From IMG/VR virus record IMGVR_UViG_3300043775_000410, positions 9,161-73,160 of that record: DNA of 64,000 nucleotides. The stretch is one strand, 5' to 3'. Shown piece after piece: positions 46,461-55,040 of this stretch. The notes under the pieces are model-generated. The model saw only the letters and a program-made list of their open reading frames with translations, ran no database searches and was not told where the DNA came from. The position numbers and the translations under genes are program-made. This DNA comes from a virus. Lineage: Duplodnaviria > Caudoviricetes. How positions within the stretch are numbered: position 1 is the first letter of the stretch; the number at the start of each line of letters is the position of its first letter.

Positions 46461-47329
46461 TGCAGTTGCTCTAATAGATAATCGGCCCATACTCGATGAC
46501 CTTCAGCAAGTGGATGATTAATTCCTCTAAAATAACAGGAGTCTGATACTAATTGTTTTCGTGTCATTGCCAAATCGGTTAGGCTACACATCCATTGCAA
46601 TAATAAGGTTCGATCTATATCTGGTTTAAATCCAGTAATGATTCCGGGCAGTTTTTCCAATACCCAATGCGACATAATATAACATTGACCGAGATATTCC
46701 TGATTAATTATTTGTTCGCTGTATACTTGTAACCAACTTTTAGGTAAGATTGTTATAGCTGGATTCATGCCAATAGGATCAACAAAGTTAGTACCCACTA
46801 TTACTTTAACGTGTTGATATTTTGCAGCTAATTCAACTATTGAATCCTGTTGTAGTCCATTATGATATTTTATAATAGAATCAAACTTATCAACTGAATC
46901 AAATGTTTGGTTACTGAACCACGTGACATAATCGTTGTGTTTGTCAAACGGTCCATCAAATGTTCGACATGCTTCAGTAAATGTGCATATGATTATAATA
47001 TTAGTATAATCTAATTGCGGAATAAGTGTGTCTAATTCTGTTATTTTATTAATTATATATAAATTACAAGTACCACTCTGCCCTAGGCTTAAGAAGTCAG
47101 CACCTAATTTAGTTGCAACGATGTTTCCATACATCTTGTCTAATCTTTCCTGAGACATTGCATAATCATCTAGGCAAATATCGGCACCAAATGTCCAGCT
47201 ATCACCGATGGTAACCACTAATGTATTTGAATTTCGATCAATGAAATTATATGGATAAACAGGATAAGTTCGCCAAACTTCTGGGATATAAGAAAAATAA
47301 TTATTTAAATTATCATTGCTTAACTTCAT
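46457..47329 (-). CDS. SGNH/GDSL-like protein
   Basis: IGDSWTFG, GTCN, NHP.AEGH..WA. Confidence 0.7.
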   Translation of the reverse strand: MKLSNDNLNNYFSYIPEVWRTYPVYPYNFIDRNSNTLVVTIGDSWTFGADICLDDYAMSQERLDKMYGNIVATKLGADFLSLGQSGTCNLYIINKITELDTLIPQLDYTNIIIICTFTEACRTFDGPFDKHNDYVTWFSNQTFDSVDKFDSIIKYHNGLQQDSIVELAAKYQHVKVIVGTNFVDPIGMNPAITILPKSWLQVYSEQIINQEYLGQCYIMSHWVLEKLPGIITGFKPDIDRTLLLQWMCSLTDLAMTRKQLVSDSCYFRGINHPLAEGHRVWADYLLEQLQ

Positions 47330-48222
47330 TCACGCACCATTGGCCCACGGTTTTTAAACACACTTTTGTAGTGATGTTTAAAGAATCTACTTTGGTCTGC
47401 TGTAAAATGCGGAGCAGGTAGGCCTAATTTTACGCTTAATGTATGTGACATTTCACTGCATTCTTCTACTAGGTTTAAGACTTTGTTTTGATCCCATATA
47501 CGATTTAGCGCATCAAAGTCCTGCACTTCTCTATAATCCCAACCTGTAACCATTGTCATGTATGTGCCTAGTTTAGCACCGTACATGGCCCAGTCACCAT
47601 TCTCTACATCCATGCCTACATTGTGCCATATGCTTAAATGATCATAGTTGCGATTGTGTACTCGTCGTTCAAACTCTTGCAGGCTTGGTTTAGTACCGCG
47701 GTCTAAACACATCTTAACACCTTCTCTAAAGCCGGCTCGCCATGCTTGGTATGGGCTTTGATTTGGATATGTTGTACTGTAGCAATCATTCATTGCCCAA
47801 TAGCGCGAGTCAAAGCAAAACTCAACTGCGGTATCATCTGCGCCATCGCTGGCTTCGTGTGTGCGCATATTGTTAATAAAGTCCTTGGTCCAGCAACTCA
47901 TACCGCCATTGCCATACATAAGTCCGTTGATGTGATTACGTGCTTTCCAACGAAACACTACATCTCGATTAGTGTCATCTAGTGTAAGCTGTAGGTTAAA
48001 GAACTCTGGGTCAGGTAAGTTATCACCATCTATTAACACAAAGCGTTCAGTGTCACTTGCGGCGGCCGCAGCTTTGTGTGCTGTGTCACTGCCTTTTACT
48101 CCATCTACTCGTTTAGCCCAGGGCACCATGTTTTGAATCTTGATCCAAAACTCTTCTTTTTTAGGTTCATCGTAACTTAGGTAGATGCAGTCTAAATCTG
48201 CTATATCAACGATTTGTGTCAT
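47326..48222 (-). CDS. GT-A-like glycosyltransferase
   Basis: YLSYDEP, RVDGVKG, FVLIDGDN (DxD), AWRAGFREGVK. Confidence 0.65.
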   Translation of the reverse strand: MTQIVDIADLDCIYLSYDEPKKEEFWIKIQNMVPWAKRVDGVKGSDTAHKAAAAASDTERFVLIDGDNLPDPEFFNLQLTLDDTNRDVVFRWKARNHINGLMYGNGGMSCWTKDFINNMRTHEASDGADDTAVEFCFDSRYWAMNDCYSTTYPNQSPYQAWRAGFREGVKMCLDRGTKPSLQEFERRVHNRNYDHLSIWHNVGMDVENGDWAMYGAKLGTYMTMVTGWDYREVQDFDALNRIWDQNKVLNLVEECSEMSHTLSVKLGLPAPHFTADQSRFFKHHYKSVFKNRGPMVRE

Positions 48223-48562
48223 AGTATTCTATATCCTGATAGGTGTCAGTTGATTCTATTATTAATCCTGCATGGTTCTTTACTGTAGCGTAGCCTATGG
48301 TGCTACTAGTTAATTGTACACGATAACCCGGGTTGAGGTCAATCTTTTTCAGCCGACCTTCATTGATCGTATAGCGGAAATAATTATCATATTCATCTTG
48401 ACTAACAACAACATACTGCGTATCCGCTGGATGATTTTGCATGGTACACATTGTAATGATTCCAAGTTCATCATAGTGTAATCTATATTCTTTAACTTCT
48501 TCTACAATGGGTTTGATCATTGCCAGTGCTTTTTCAAATTCACTTAAAGAGTTCATGTTCAT
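48206..48562 (-). CDS. Hypothetical protein
   Basis: 118 aa ORF overlapping both neighbours. Confidence 0.7.
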   Translation of the reverse strand: MNMNSLSEFEKALAMIKPIVEEVKEYRLHYDELGIITMCTMQNHPADTQYVVVSQDEYDNYFRYTINEGRLKKIDLNPGYRVQLTSSTIGYATVKNHAGLIIESTDTYQDIEYYDTNR

Positions 48563-49397
48563 ACTCCTTGACTAATTCATCTGTTACCCAAGACTTTTCA
48601 TGATAGTGAATAGGATGATATTGATTGGTGTTAGCAATACGTATCATTGGCAAGTCTGTTTCGCATACAACTAACTCAGGCCAGGGTGTACTAGTCCATG
48701 CGTTAATTGCTGGCTTCATGTGTACAAAATTAATAAAATCTAAGCTGGGTAGTGTGCAATCTTCTACACCAAGTAACTTTGCAGCCAGAGCATAAACAAC
48801 ATCGGTAGTAGGATTATCATCACGACAGTTGAGTAATACATTGTCACGTAAATAGGCCCAATTTTTAAATATTTGTTCTGCTAACATAAAGAATTCAGTA
48901 GCTTCACGTGTGTATCTAAAATACATTAATCCATTGTAAGTGTCAGGCAATTCGTTATCGTCAAATAACTTTCTGTACTCACGCGATGCGCTTAACTCTT
49001 GCTGATAATCTCTACAGCCTGTGCTTAGTACAACATTCTTTAATCTAAAAGCAGTCCACCAATGTGCAATACTTCTAGTGAATACAATGTCGCTTTCAAG
49101 TTTAATTGTTTCTTTGAATGGTGTGAGATAAAATGCCTGCCATTCATTGCTTAACTTCCAAGTTTCATCTTGAGCTAGGTCATTGTCAATAGTAACAACA
49201 TAATCAAACACTCGGTGGTGTTGTTCTGTAACTTGCTCTAGTGTATGTTTATCAACTGCTACTGCGTATAAACTATCGGGCATGGTCAGTTTAATACTCA
49301 TTGCTTGTACGTAAGCAAGCTGTAAGTAATCAACCTCTGTGGTATTCTGCGCAATGGTCATAAAGCCCTGCTGTGCTTGATGTGGTGTTATGCGCAT
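48540..49397 (-). CDS. Nucleotide-diphospho-sugar transferase-like protein
   Basis: GF...AQN...DY, LTPFKETIKLESD, TDVVYA, FVHMKP. Confidence 0.6.
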   Translation of the reverse strand: MRITPHQAQQGFMTIAQNTTEVDYLQLAYVQAMSIKLTMPDSLYAVAVDKHTLEQVTEQHHRVFDYVVTIDNDLAQDETWKLSNEWQAFYLTPFKETIKLESDIVFTRSIAHWWTAFRLKNVVLSTGCRDYQQELSASREYRKLFDDNELPDTYNGLMYFRYTREATEFFMLAEQIFKNWAYLRDNVLLNCRDDNPTTDVVYALAAKLLGVEDCTLPSLDFINFVHMKPAINAWTSTPWPELVVCETDLPMIRIANTNQYHPIHYHEKSWVTDELVKEYEHELFK

Positions 49398-50164
49398 ACT
49401 GTATCCACTAGCCGATCGAAGTCTGTACTTAATAAGTAATCTTTATCCATTACGTGTATGTTTTGCTTGGCAATGACATGTGCAGAATTTTCTTCGCGTA
49501 TAATCATCTTTTCGCCTGTTATTTCGATGTTTTTAATTAGTTTATCCAAGGTTAACATGGTAAAAGGTATACTTTGTGTGGTGTTAGTAGTGTACCCATT
49601 AATAATGTTGTTGGCAATAGCAAACGCATAATCATTGCGGAAATTGCGTTCTCTTAAGTGATATAGTTTTTGATAGTAAGCATAGTTACGTTCAATTCGA
49701 CCTACTAGATCAAATAACATTTGTGTTTTATCTGTACGCTTAAATGTTACAGCAGTGGCCCACACATAATCTAAACTTAACTGACCCATGTTGCCCGACA
49801 TTGACTGTTGAGGGCTTTGATTGTTATGCATTAACTTATAATCGACAGTGGTTTCGAGTATGGTTAATAAACTTGTATCTAACTGTAGATAGTCACTGTC
49901 GAGTAAGATAGTTTCATCATAGGGGCTAAGTTCATATGCACGATATCTACCACCATTCTTCCATTCTGTGCCGCCAGCATAGCCAGTGCGATAGTTACTT
50001 AAACTAGGTACGCCTGTATCTGTGATAATGGTAGTGGGTAAGTTTAACGTATGTTTAATTAGTCGTGCGGCCTGCTCAGCGATTCGAACATAATCAACTG
50101 TGGCAGTGTTAACAGCAAATAGTACAACACCTTTAGACTTTGCGGGCACGTTTAATTTCGTCAT
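49388..50164 (-). CDS. Nucleotide-diphospho-sugar transferase-like protein
   Basis: GVVLFA.N...DY, YELSPYDETILLDSDY (DxD), FRNDYAF, HVMDK. Confidence 0.65.
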   Translation of the reverse strand: MTKLNVPAKSKGVVLFAVNTATVDYVRIAEQAARLIKHTLNLPTTIITDTGVPSLSNYRTGYAGGTEWKNGGRYRAYELSPYDETILLDSDYLQLDTSLLTILETTVDYKLMHNNQSPQQSMSGNMGQLSLDYVWATAVTFKRTDKTQMLFDLVGRIERNYAYYQKLYHLRERNFRNDYAFAIANNIINGYTTNTTQSIPFTMLTLDKLIKNIEITGEKMIIREENSAHVIAKQNIHVMDKDYLLSTDFDRLVDTVCA

Positions 50165-50450
50165 ATTGAATATGCCATGCGTTCATTACTCGTTGATAGT
50201 GTTGCCGACACAATTCTAAAAATGCTAGTCGTTGTATTTCTATAGGATTTTCGTAGGTATCTTCAAGATATAGTGTATCAGCAGTCCAAGTTGATAGGAA
50301 TGCTATAAGTTCCGGTGTTACTTTAAAGAGTCCATTGTTATACGGTACATGCAAATCCGTTTGTATTTTTTCTTTAAGTATGCGTTTGTTGGTTTGATAA
50401 TCCGTTGCTTGTTTAATTTGAGCAACTAGTTGAGTAATTTCTGTTGTCAT
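50133..50450 (-). CDS. Hypothetical phage protein
   Basis: ATG 50450 follows TAATTA; first gene of the minus-strand tailoring block. Confidence 0.7.
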   Translation of the reverse strand: MTTEITQLVAQIKQATDYQTNKRILKEKIQTDLHVPYNNGLFKVTPELIAFLSTWTADTLYLEDTYENPIEIQRLAFLELCRQHYQRVMNAWHIQYDEIKRARKV

Positions 50451-50464
50451 AATAGTAATTAGCC

Positions 50465-50497
50465 ATAAAAATAGGTAAGTCAAAATAACTTACCTAT
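50465..50497 (-). terminator. Putative intrinsic terminator
   Basis: Perfect 10-bp inverted repeat ATAGGTAAGT-7nt-ACTTACCTAT followed by a T-run on the minus strand. Confidence 0.6.
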
Positions 50498-50526
50498 AGT
50501 ATAAGACATTTAGATTAGTTTGTCAA
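50498..50526 (-). promoter_or_regulatory. sigma70-like promoter
   Basis: TTGACA-17nt-TATACT on the minus strand. Confidence 0.7.
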
Positions 50527-51465
50527 CTATGAAATAGTCGGTGTGCCCCAAGCATTTGTTAAGTATGTTGATTCTGGGAATACAATATCGACTGCCATTC
50601 TGTAGGTTAAACTTAATGTATCATCCCAAGTTTTGTCAGCAACAGTGAACACAGTGCGGAAAACTACATTTAATCCGTTTGAGCCGTTAGTAGTATCACT
50701 ACTGCTTGTATACACTTGTAAATACCCAGTGCTTGCTGTGTAACTTGCTGTAGTATCAGTTACTTGCACTATAGTAGCCGGTGTGTTAAGTACGTTAGTT
50801 CTATAACCAAGTGCTGTATTGTTGGTATTTAAGGTAATGCCAGAGCCAGTTCTGCCGGTATTTGATGTATTTTTAAACCCAACTCCGCCTAAGCCAGTTA
50901 CTAATCTAGCAAAACTGTTTTCTGCTCCACTATCAGCTGAGTTAACTGTACTTAATCTTAAATTTAATTGTCCACCTGCATTAAAGAAGTAACGTGCCTG
51001 ATTAGCACTAGCAAATGTTACTGTACGGTCTACAGTATAACTACTTAAACCAGTTGTACTAGATACTGTTACATCAAAGTTAGCACCAGTAGTTGTAGCA
51101 CCTTGGGCATTATATAGTGCCGCATTTGTATTGATTGTTGTTACTGCTGTATTGACATTAGCAAAATATGTAATAGTTTGCCCAGCTGTATAATTACCGC
51201 TTAATAATGCGCCGGCTCCGCTTTGATGGCCTAATGCACCATTGAGCAATGTTAATAGTCCACTCCATTGTGTTGCTGTTACAGTTGCGGCACCTGCTAC
51301 TGTATTAATAGCAGTAATAGTTTGGCCGTATCCTACTGCACCTGATCCGACTCCCATAACATAAGCAATGTTTTTAGTAACTGCTGTATATGTTCCTTGA
51401 GTTCCGCCCCAGGCTAAGTTGTTATAGTCTGTTGCCGAAATTACTCCACCTGATGCGTATGCCAT
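50527..51465 (-). CDS. Virion structural / tail fibre-associated protein
   Basis: T/G/A/N-rich; ARYFFNAGG motif; structural gene context. Confidence 0.65.
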   Translation of the reverse strand: MAYASGGVISATDYNNLAWGGTQGTYTAVTKNIAYVMGVGSGAVGYGQTITAINTVAGAATVTATQWSGLLTLLNGALGHQSGAGALLSGNYTAGQTITYFANVNTAVTTINTNAALYNAQGATTTGANFDVTVSSTTGLSSYTVDRTVTFASANQARYFFNAGGQLNLRLSTVNSADSGAENSFARLVTGLGGVGFKNTSNTGRTGSGITLNTNNTALGYRTNVLNTPATIVQVTDTTASYTASTGYLQVYTSSSDTTNGSNGLNVVFRTVFTVADKTWDDTLSLTYRMAVDIVFPESTYLTNAWGTPTIS

Positions 51466-51475
51466 TCTTAATTCC

Positions 51476-52918
51476 TTAACTGTTTAATTTGACTATTGCT
51501 TCAACAGTGCCTTCGCATGTTGTTGTTTTATCTTCTAATGCGCGACCAATAACATTAAATGCTGTCATTTCGTCGCGTTTTGCAGCACGGGCCATACCTT
51601 GGCCTGCACTTACTAATCTATCGCCTTTGTTTACTAGGCCAATTACACGAACTGGCACACGACCATTAACTGCCACTGGTGGATGGGTAACATTATCACC
51701 GGCACTACCATTCATTAGAAAGCCTGCATTAGTACTTATCACACCAAATACTGCTTCGCTTAGTTCGTGGATGGCCGCAGTAATTTCTTTAACTCCGCCA
51801 AGTTCAACCACTGTTCCTGGCAACAATGGAGCATCTGTTTCAAATCTTTCTGCTAAGTCAGCGTATTGTGATTGAATTGATGTTCCGCGGAAACTTGTAG
51901 CCCATACGTTAGCAAATTTAGTAGTACTTGATCCAATGTCAATGGTATTATTAGCATTAGGTAATATTTTATTTGACACAATGGTAATACCCTGATTAAG
52001 TGTATAGCCCGACACACTTAAATTAGCAGCAATACTAGCAGTACTTTGTGCAATTAAACTGCCAGGTAATGTCACCGCAGCAGTTGCACCGTTAATACCG
52101 ATAGCTTTGGTATTTTTAACAAATAAATTCAAATCACCGTTATCTGTTACATTAGTTAAACTAACACTACCAGATAGTGTCCTAACTTGTAGATCACTAC
52201 CTACATTTAAGCCTGCAGATGCTGTTAATAATCCAGTGGCTGTGGCAGCGATATCACTGCGTAAATATGACGAGACTCCATTGAGTGTAGAAGCATTACT
52301 AGCATTGCCTGTAAATTGTACTCCAGCAATTGATCCTGAACTAATTAAATTTATACCAGGTTTAATTGTAGTGAACCCAGTAATCGATGTTTGCGGAGTA
52401 AACTCACTGTCTTTACTCAATACAGCAATTACATCGTTTGATATATATATTTTAACAACAACATGACTAATTAAACTACTATCTAAAATAGTTTCAACTA
52501 GTGCACCTGATGTACCCGATATGGATGTATATGCCGGGCCAATTGCTATCCACTCTACACCGCTCCATACTTTAAGTTGTGAACTTATGGTATCCCACCA
52601 TAAGTCACCAATATAATTGTTTACAGGTGCCGAGGAACTACTTGTCCCGGATGTCAATGATTTCCATACTGCATTTCTACGTAATTTAATTAATTTGTTA
52701 GTAGAATCATACCACAACTGTCCTTCTAATAGGCCACCAGTCGGCTCAGATGCGTTAGCAAAATTTTCAAGTAACTTTACGTAATTTTCATTAAGGAATA
52801 ACCCGTAGCCTGCGTAATTTTTACCGACTAAGGTTAAACTAGTAACAGTGTTGTTAACTGTACCATCAGTAATACGTGCAAGTGTTACTCCGGCTGTTGT
52901 GGTTATACTATATGACAT
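51476..52918 (-). CDS. Tail fibre-like protein with C-terminal intramolecular-chaperone/autocleavage-like domain
   Basis: GKNYAGYG..LNEN..KLLENFA N-terminus; YADLAERF..GVIST..GRVPVRV.G...KGD C-terminus. Confidence 0.7.
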   Translation of the reverse strand: MSYSITTTAGVTLARITDGTVNNTVTSLTLVGKNYAGYGLFLNENYVKLLENFANASEPTGGLLEGQLWYDSTNKLIKLRRNAVWKSLTSGTSSSSAPVNNYIGDLWWDTISSQLKVWSGVEWIAIGPAYTSISGTSGALVETILDSSLISHVVVKIYISNDVIAVLSKDSEFTPQTSITGFTTIKPGINLISSGSIAGVQFTGNASNASTLNGVSSYLRSDIAATATGLLTASAGLNVGSDLQVRTLSGSVSLTNVTDNGDLNLFVKNTKAIGINGATAAVTLPGSLIAQSTASIAANLSVSGYTLNQGITIVSNKILPNANNTIDIGSSTTKFANVWATSFRGTSIQSQYADLAERFETDAPLLPGTVVELGGVKEITAAIHELSEAVFGVISTNAGFLMNGSAGDNVTHPPVAVNGRVPVRVIGLVNKGDRLVSAGQGMARAAKRDEMTAFNVIGRALEDKTTTCEGTVEAIVKLNS

Positions 52919-52938
52919 TTTTTTTACCTATTATGTAT

Positions 52939-52944
52939 TATTTA
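52939..52944 (-). promoter_or_regulatory. Putative late promoter TAAATA
   Basis: Intergenic, between structural genes. Confidence 0.5.
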
Positions 52945-52950
52945 TCTGTG

Positions 52951-54321
52951 TTAAGGAGTGTACTGAAACCAAAAATCGCCATCATTTGATCCACTGTCAT
53001 TAGCACCAGCAAGAGGAGCATCAGTGCTGACAAATTTAGCACTGCCATCCCACCAAGTACCAGCAGTTCTCACATATTGCGTTGTTGCTACAGCAGCATT
53101 ACCTGTACTAACGTATGTTTGCGATTGCGTTGCCGCTGTTGCGCCGGCCGTCAAATTTACGCCGCTAGCACTAGCAGTCATTACAGTTGTGCCATCTATA
53201 GCTAAATTAGCACTGCCTGTGACGCTATCAATAATTTCTAGATAACTGTTACCTTGATATATTTTGTTTTTTAAGAAGCCCGAATTATTAACTACAAATT
53301 CAGTAGTAGCAATTGCAGTATTAGCAGTATTAACTGGCATAGTTATTGCAGTTGAAATTCCCGTTAAGGTTGCATCAACAAAACTATCATCCACGTAATT
53401 TTTTGTAGCAATTCCCATTGAGGTAGATGGGTCAGTGGCTACTTCTATTGTGCCCGCAGCAGCATCAACATGTAAATATACTGTGCTATTTGTAACTAGG
53501 CTAATATTACCGTCGGTAGTATTATTTGTTATCAATGCATCAGCACCCGATACTGACAAAGTTAAATCTAAGCTGGCACCCAGGGTAATACCACTGTCAT
53601 TTACAATACGTAAATTACCTGTAGCACCATTATCGATATCTGTACGTAAATAGTTACTAGCAACAACACCGCCTAAGAAACTAGCATTATTAGCAGTGCC
53701 CCATAGTGTTTGGCTACTACGTAAATTGTGTCCAGTTTTAATAGTAGTAAATCCAGTAATTGCAGTTTGCGGAGTAAATTCACTATCCTGATTGATAATT
53801 GCAGTGCGTGTGCCGTCTATGTATAATGATACGACATTATGAGTTACACTACCAGTATCAATAATTTGTTCCCATAGTGCACCACTCTTACCGTTTACCT
53901 TACTCCACACTGGTCCAACTAGTTTCCAACCAGTAGTAACATACGGGGTAGTACCATCATATACATACAGTTGTTCAGCATAGGTATCCCACCAGATATC
54001 ACCCGATACTACGGTTGTTGGTGCACCAACAGTATTACTATTTTGTGCGGTTGCGCTACTAATAATTTTAAAATACGTACCAGTGTATACTTTTAACAGG
54101 TTAGCTGATGTGTCCCACCATAATTGTCCCGGAAGCGGATCATTTGGCTCAATATCATAAGCAAAATTTTCAAGTAACGCTACTAAATTATCAGTCATTA
54201 TCTGACCGTAGTTACTGTAGTTGCGTCCAACTAATGTTAAACTAGTCTGCGCAGTATCTACAGTACCATCTAGGATAGTACCAAGTGTTTGTCCGTTTGT
54301 TTTTCTTATTATATACGCCAT
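52951..54321 (-). CDS. Tail fibre-like structural protein, paralog of 51476..52918
   Basis: GRNYSNYG...LLENFA, GQLWWD, DSEFTPQT.ITGFTTIK shared; C-terminal GDFWFQY. Confidence 0.7.
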   Translation of the reverse strand: MAYIIRKTNGQTLGTILDGTVDTAQTSLTLVGRNYSNYGQIMTDNLVALLENFAYDIEPNDPLPGQLWWDTSANLLKVYTGTYFKIISSATAQNSNTVGAPTTVVSGDIWWDTYAEQLYVYDGTTPYVTTGWKLVGPVWSKVNGKSGALWEQIIDTGSVTHNVVSLYIDGTRTAIINQDSEFTPQTAITGFTTIKTGHNLRSSQTLWGTANNASFLGGVVASNYLRTDIDNGATGNLRIVNDSGITLGASLDLTLSVSGADALITNNTTDGNISLVTNSTVYLHVDAAAGTIEVATDPSTSMGIATKNYVDDSFVDATLTGISTAITMPVNTANTAIATTEFVVNNSGFLKNKIYQGNSYLEIIDSVTGSANLAIDGTTVMTASASGVNLTAGATAATQSQTYVSTGNAAVATTQYVRTAGTWWDGSAKFVSTDAPLAGANDSGSNDGDFWFQYTP

Positions 54322-54334
54322 CGTATTTTCCTAG

Positions 54335-55009
54335 TTATGCTGTAGTACTTAAATTAGTCAGTGTTTGTATGCGCACTGTGTAATCAATTTGAATCAATCT
54401 GTTTAGTGATTTTTGCACTGGACTAAAAATCACGTGTGTTAATAATTTACCAAGGCCTTCACCAGATGTAGTAAATCCTTTTAAGCCTAGTTCGTCAAAT
54501 ACAAATTGACCATTCAAGTCTTGACTATTATCAAACACCGCTTGGCCACTAGGCTCGCCGTAGTCTAATAAACAGCTAACAATAATGTCACTGTAGATTT
54601 GGCCCGGCGTATGAGTGATTACCATTTTGTTTCTTAAAGGATCGCCGTTGGCAGCATTAGTGTCATCGACGATTTTGTAATATTGCGGACTGTATAAGTC
54701 AGCGTTTTGTACGTTGGTATTAGTTGGCAAGTATGTAATAACGCCAGTAGGGTCAACTGTAGTACCACCGTTGCCAAAATGCATTTCAGTGATAAATTGT
54801 GTGCCTTTATTACTCAAACTATTTGCAATCGCTTCACTCATGTTTTCATAATGAATAGCATTGCGTTTGTTTACAAACACTTCGTTAGTCTCAGGATCAA
54901 ATATCTTAATATGACCTTGAAGATGTATACCACCACGCTCATCAGGTTGTTTAGCTGGTGCAGCAGTTGGTTGTGTGTTAATTGTTGAATCTTGCATTTT
55001 TTTGTCCAT
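54335..55009 (-). CDS. Virion structural (tail/baseplate) protein
   Basis: Structural context; FDELGL...LLTHVIFSPVQKS. Confidence 0.6.
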   Translation of the reverse strand: MDKKMQDSTINTQPTAAPAKQPDERGGIHLQGHIKIFDPETNEVFVNKRNAIHYENMSEAIANSLSNKGTQFITEMHFGNGGTTVDPTGVITYLPTNTNVQNADLYSPQYYKIVDDTNAANGDPLRNKMVITHTPGQIYSDIIVSCLLDYGEPSGQAVFDNSQDLNGQFVFDELGLKGFTTSGEGLGKLLTHVIFSPVQKSLNRLIQIDYTVRIQTLTNLSTTA

Positions 55010-55014
55010 ATACT

Positions 55015-55020
55015 TATTTA
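55015..55020 (-). promoter_or_regulatory. Putative late promoter TAAATA
   Basis: TAAATA-AGTAT-ATG. Confidence 0.5.
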
Positions 55021-55040
55021 TTTCATTATCATTCATAGTA

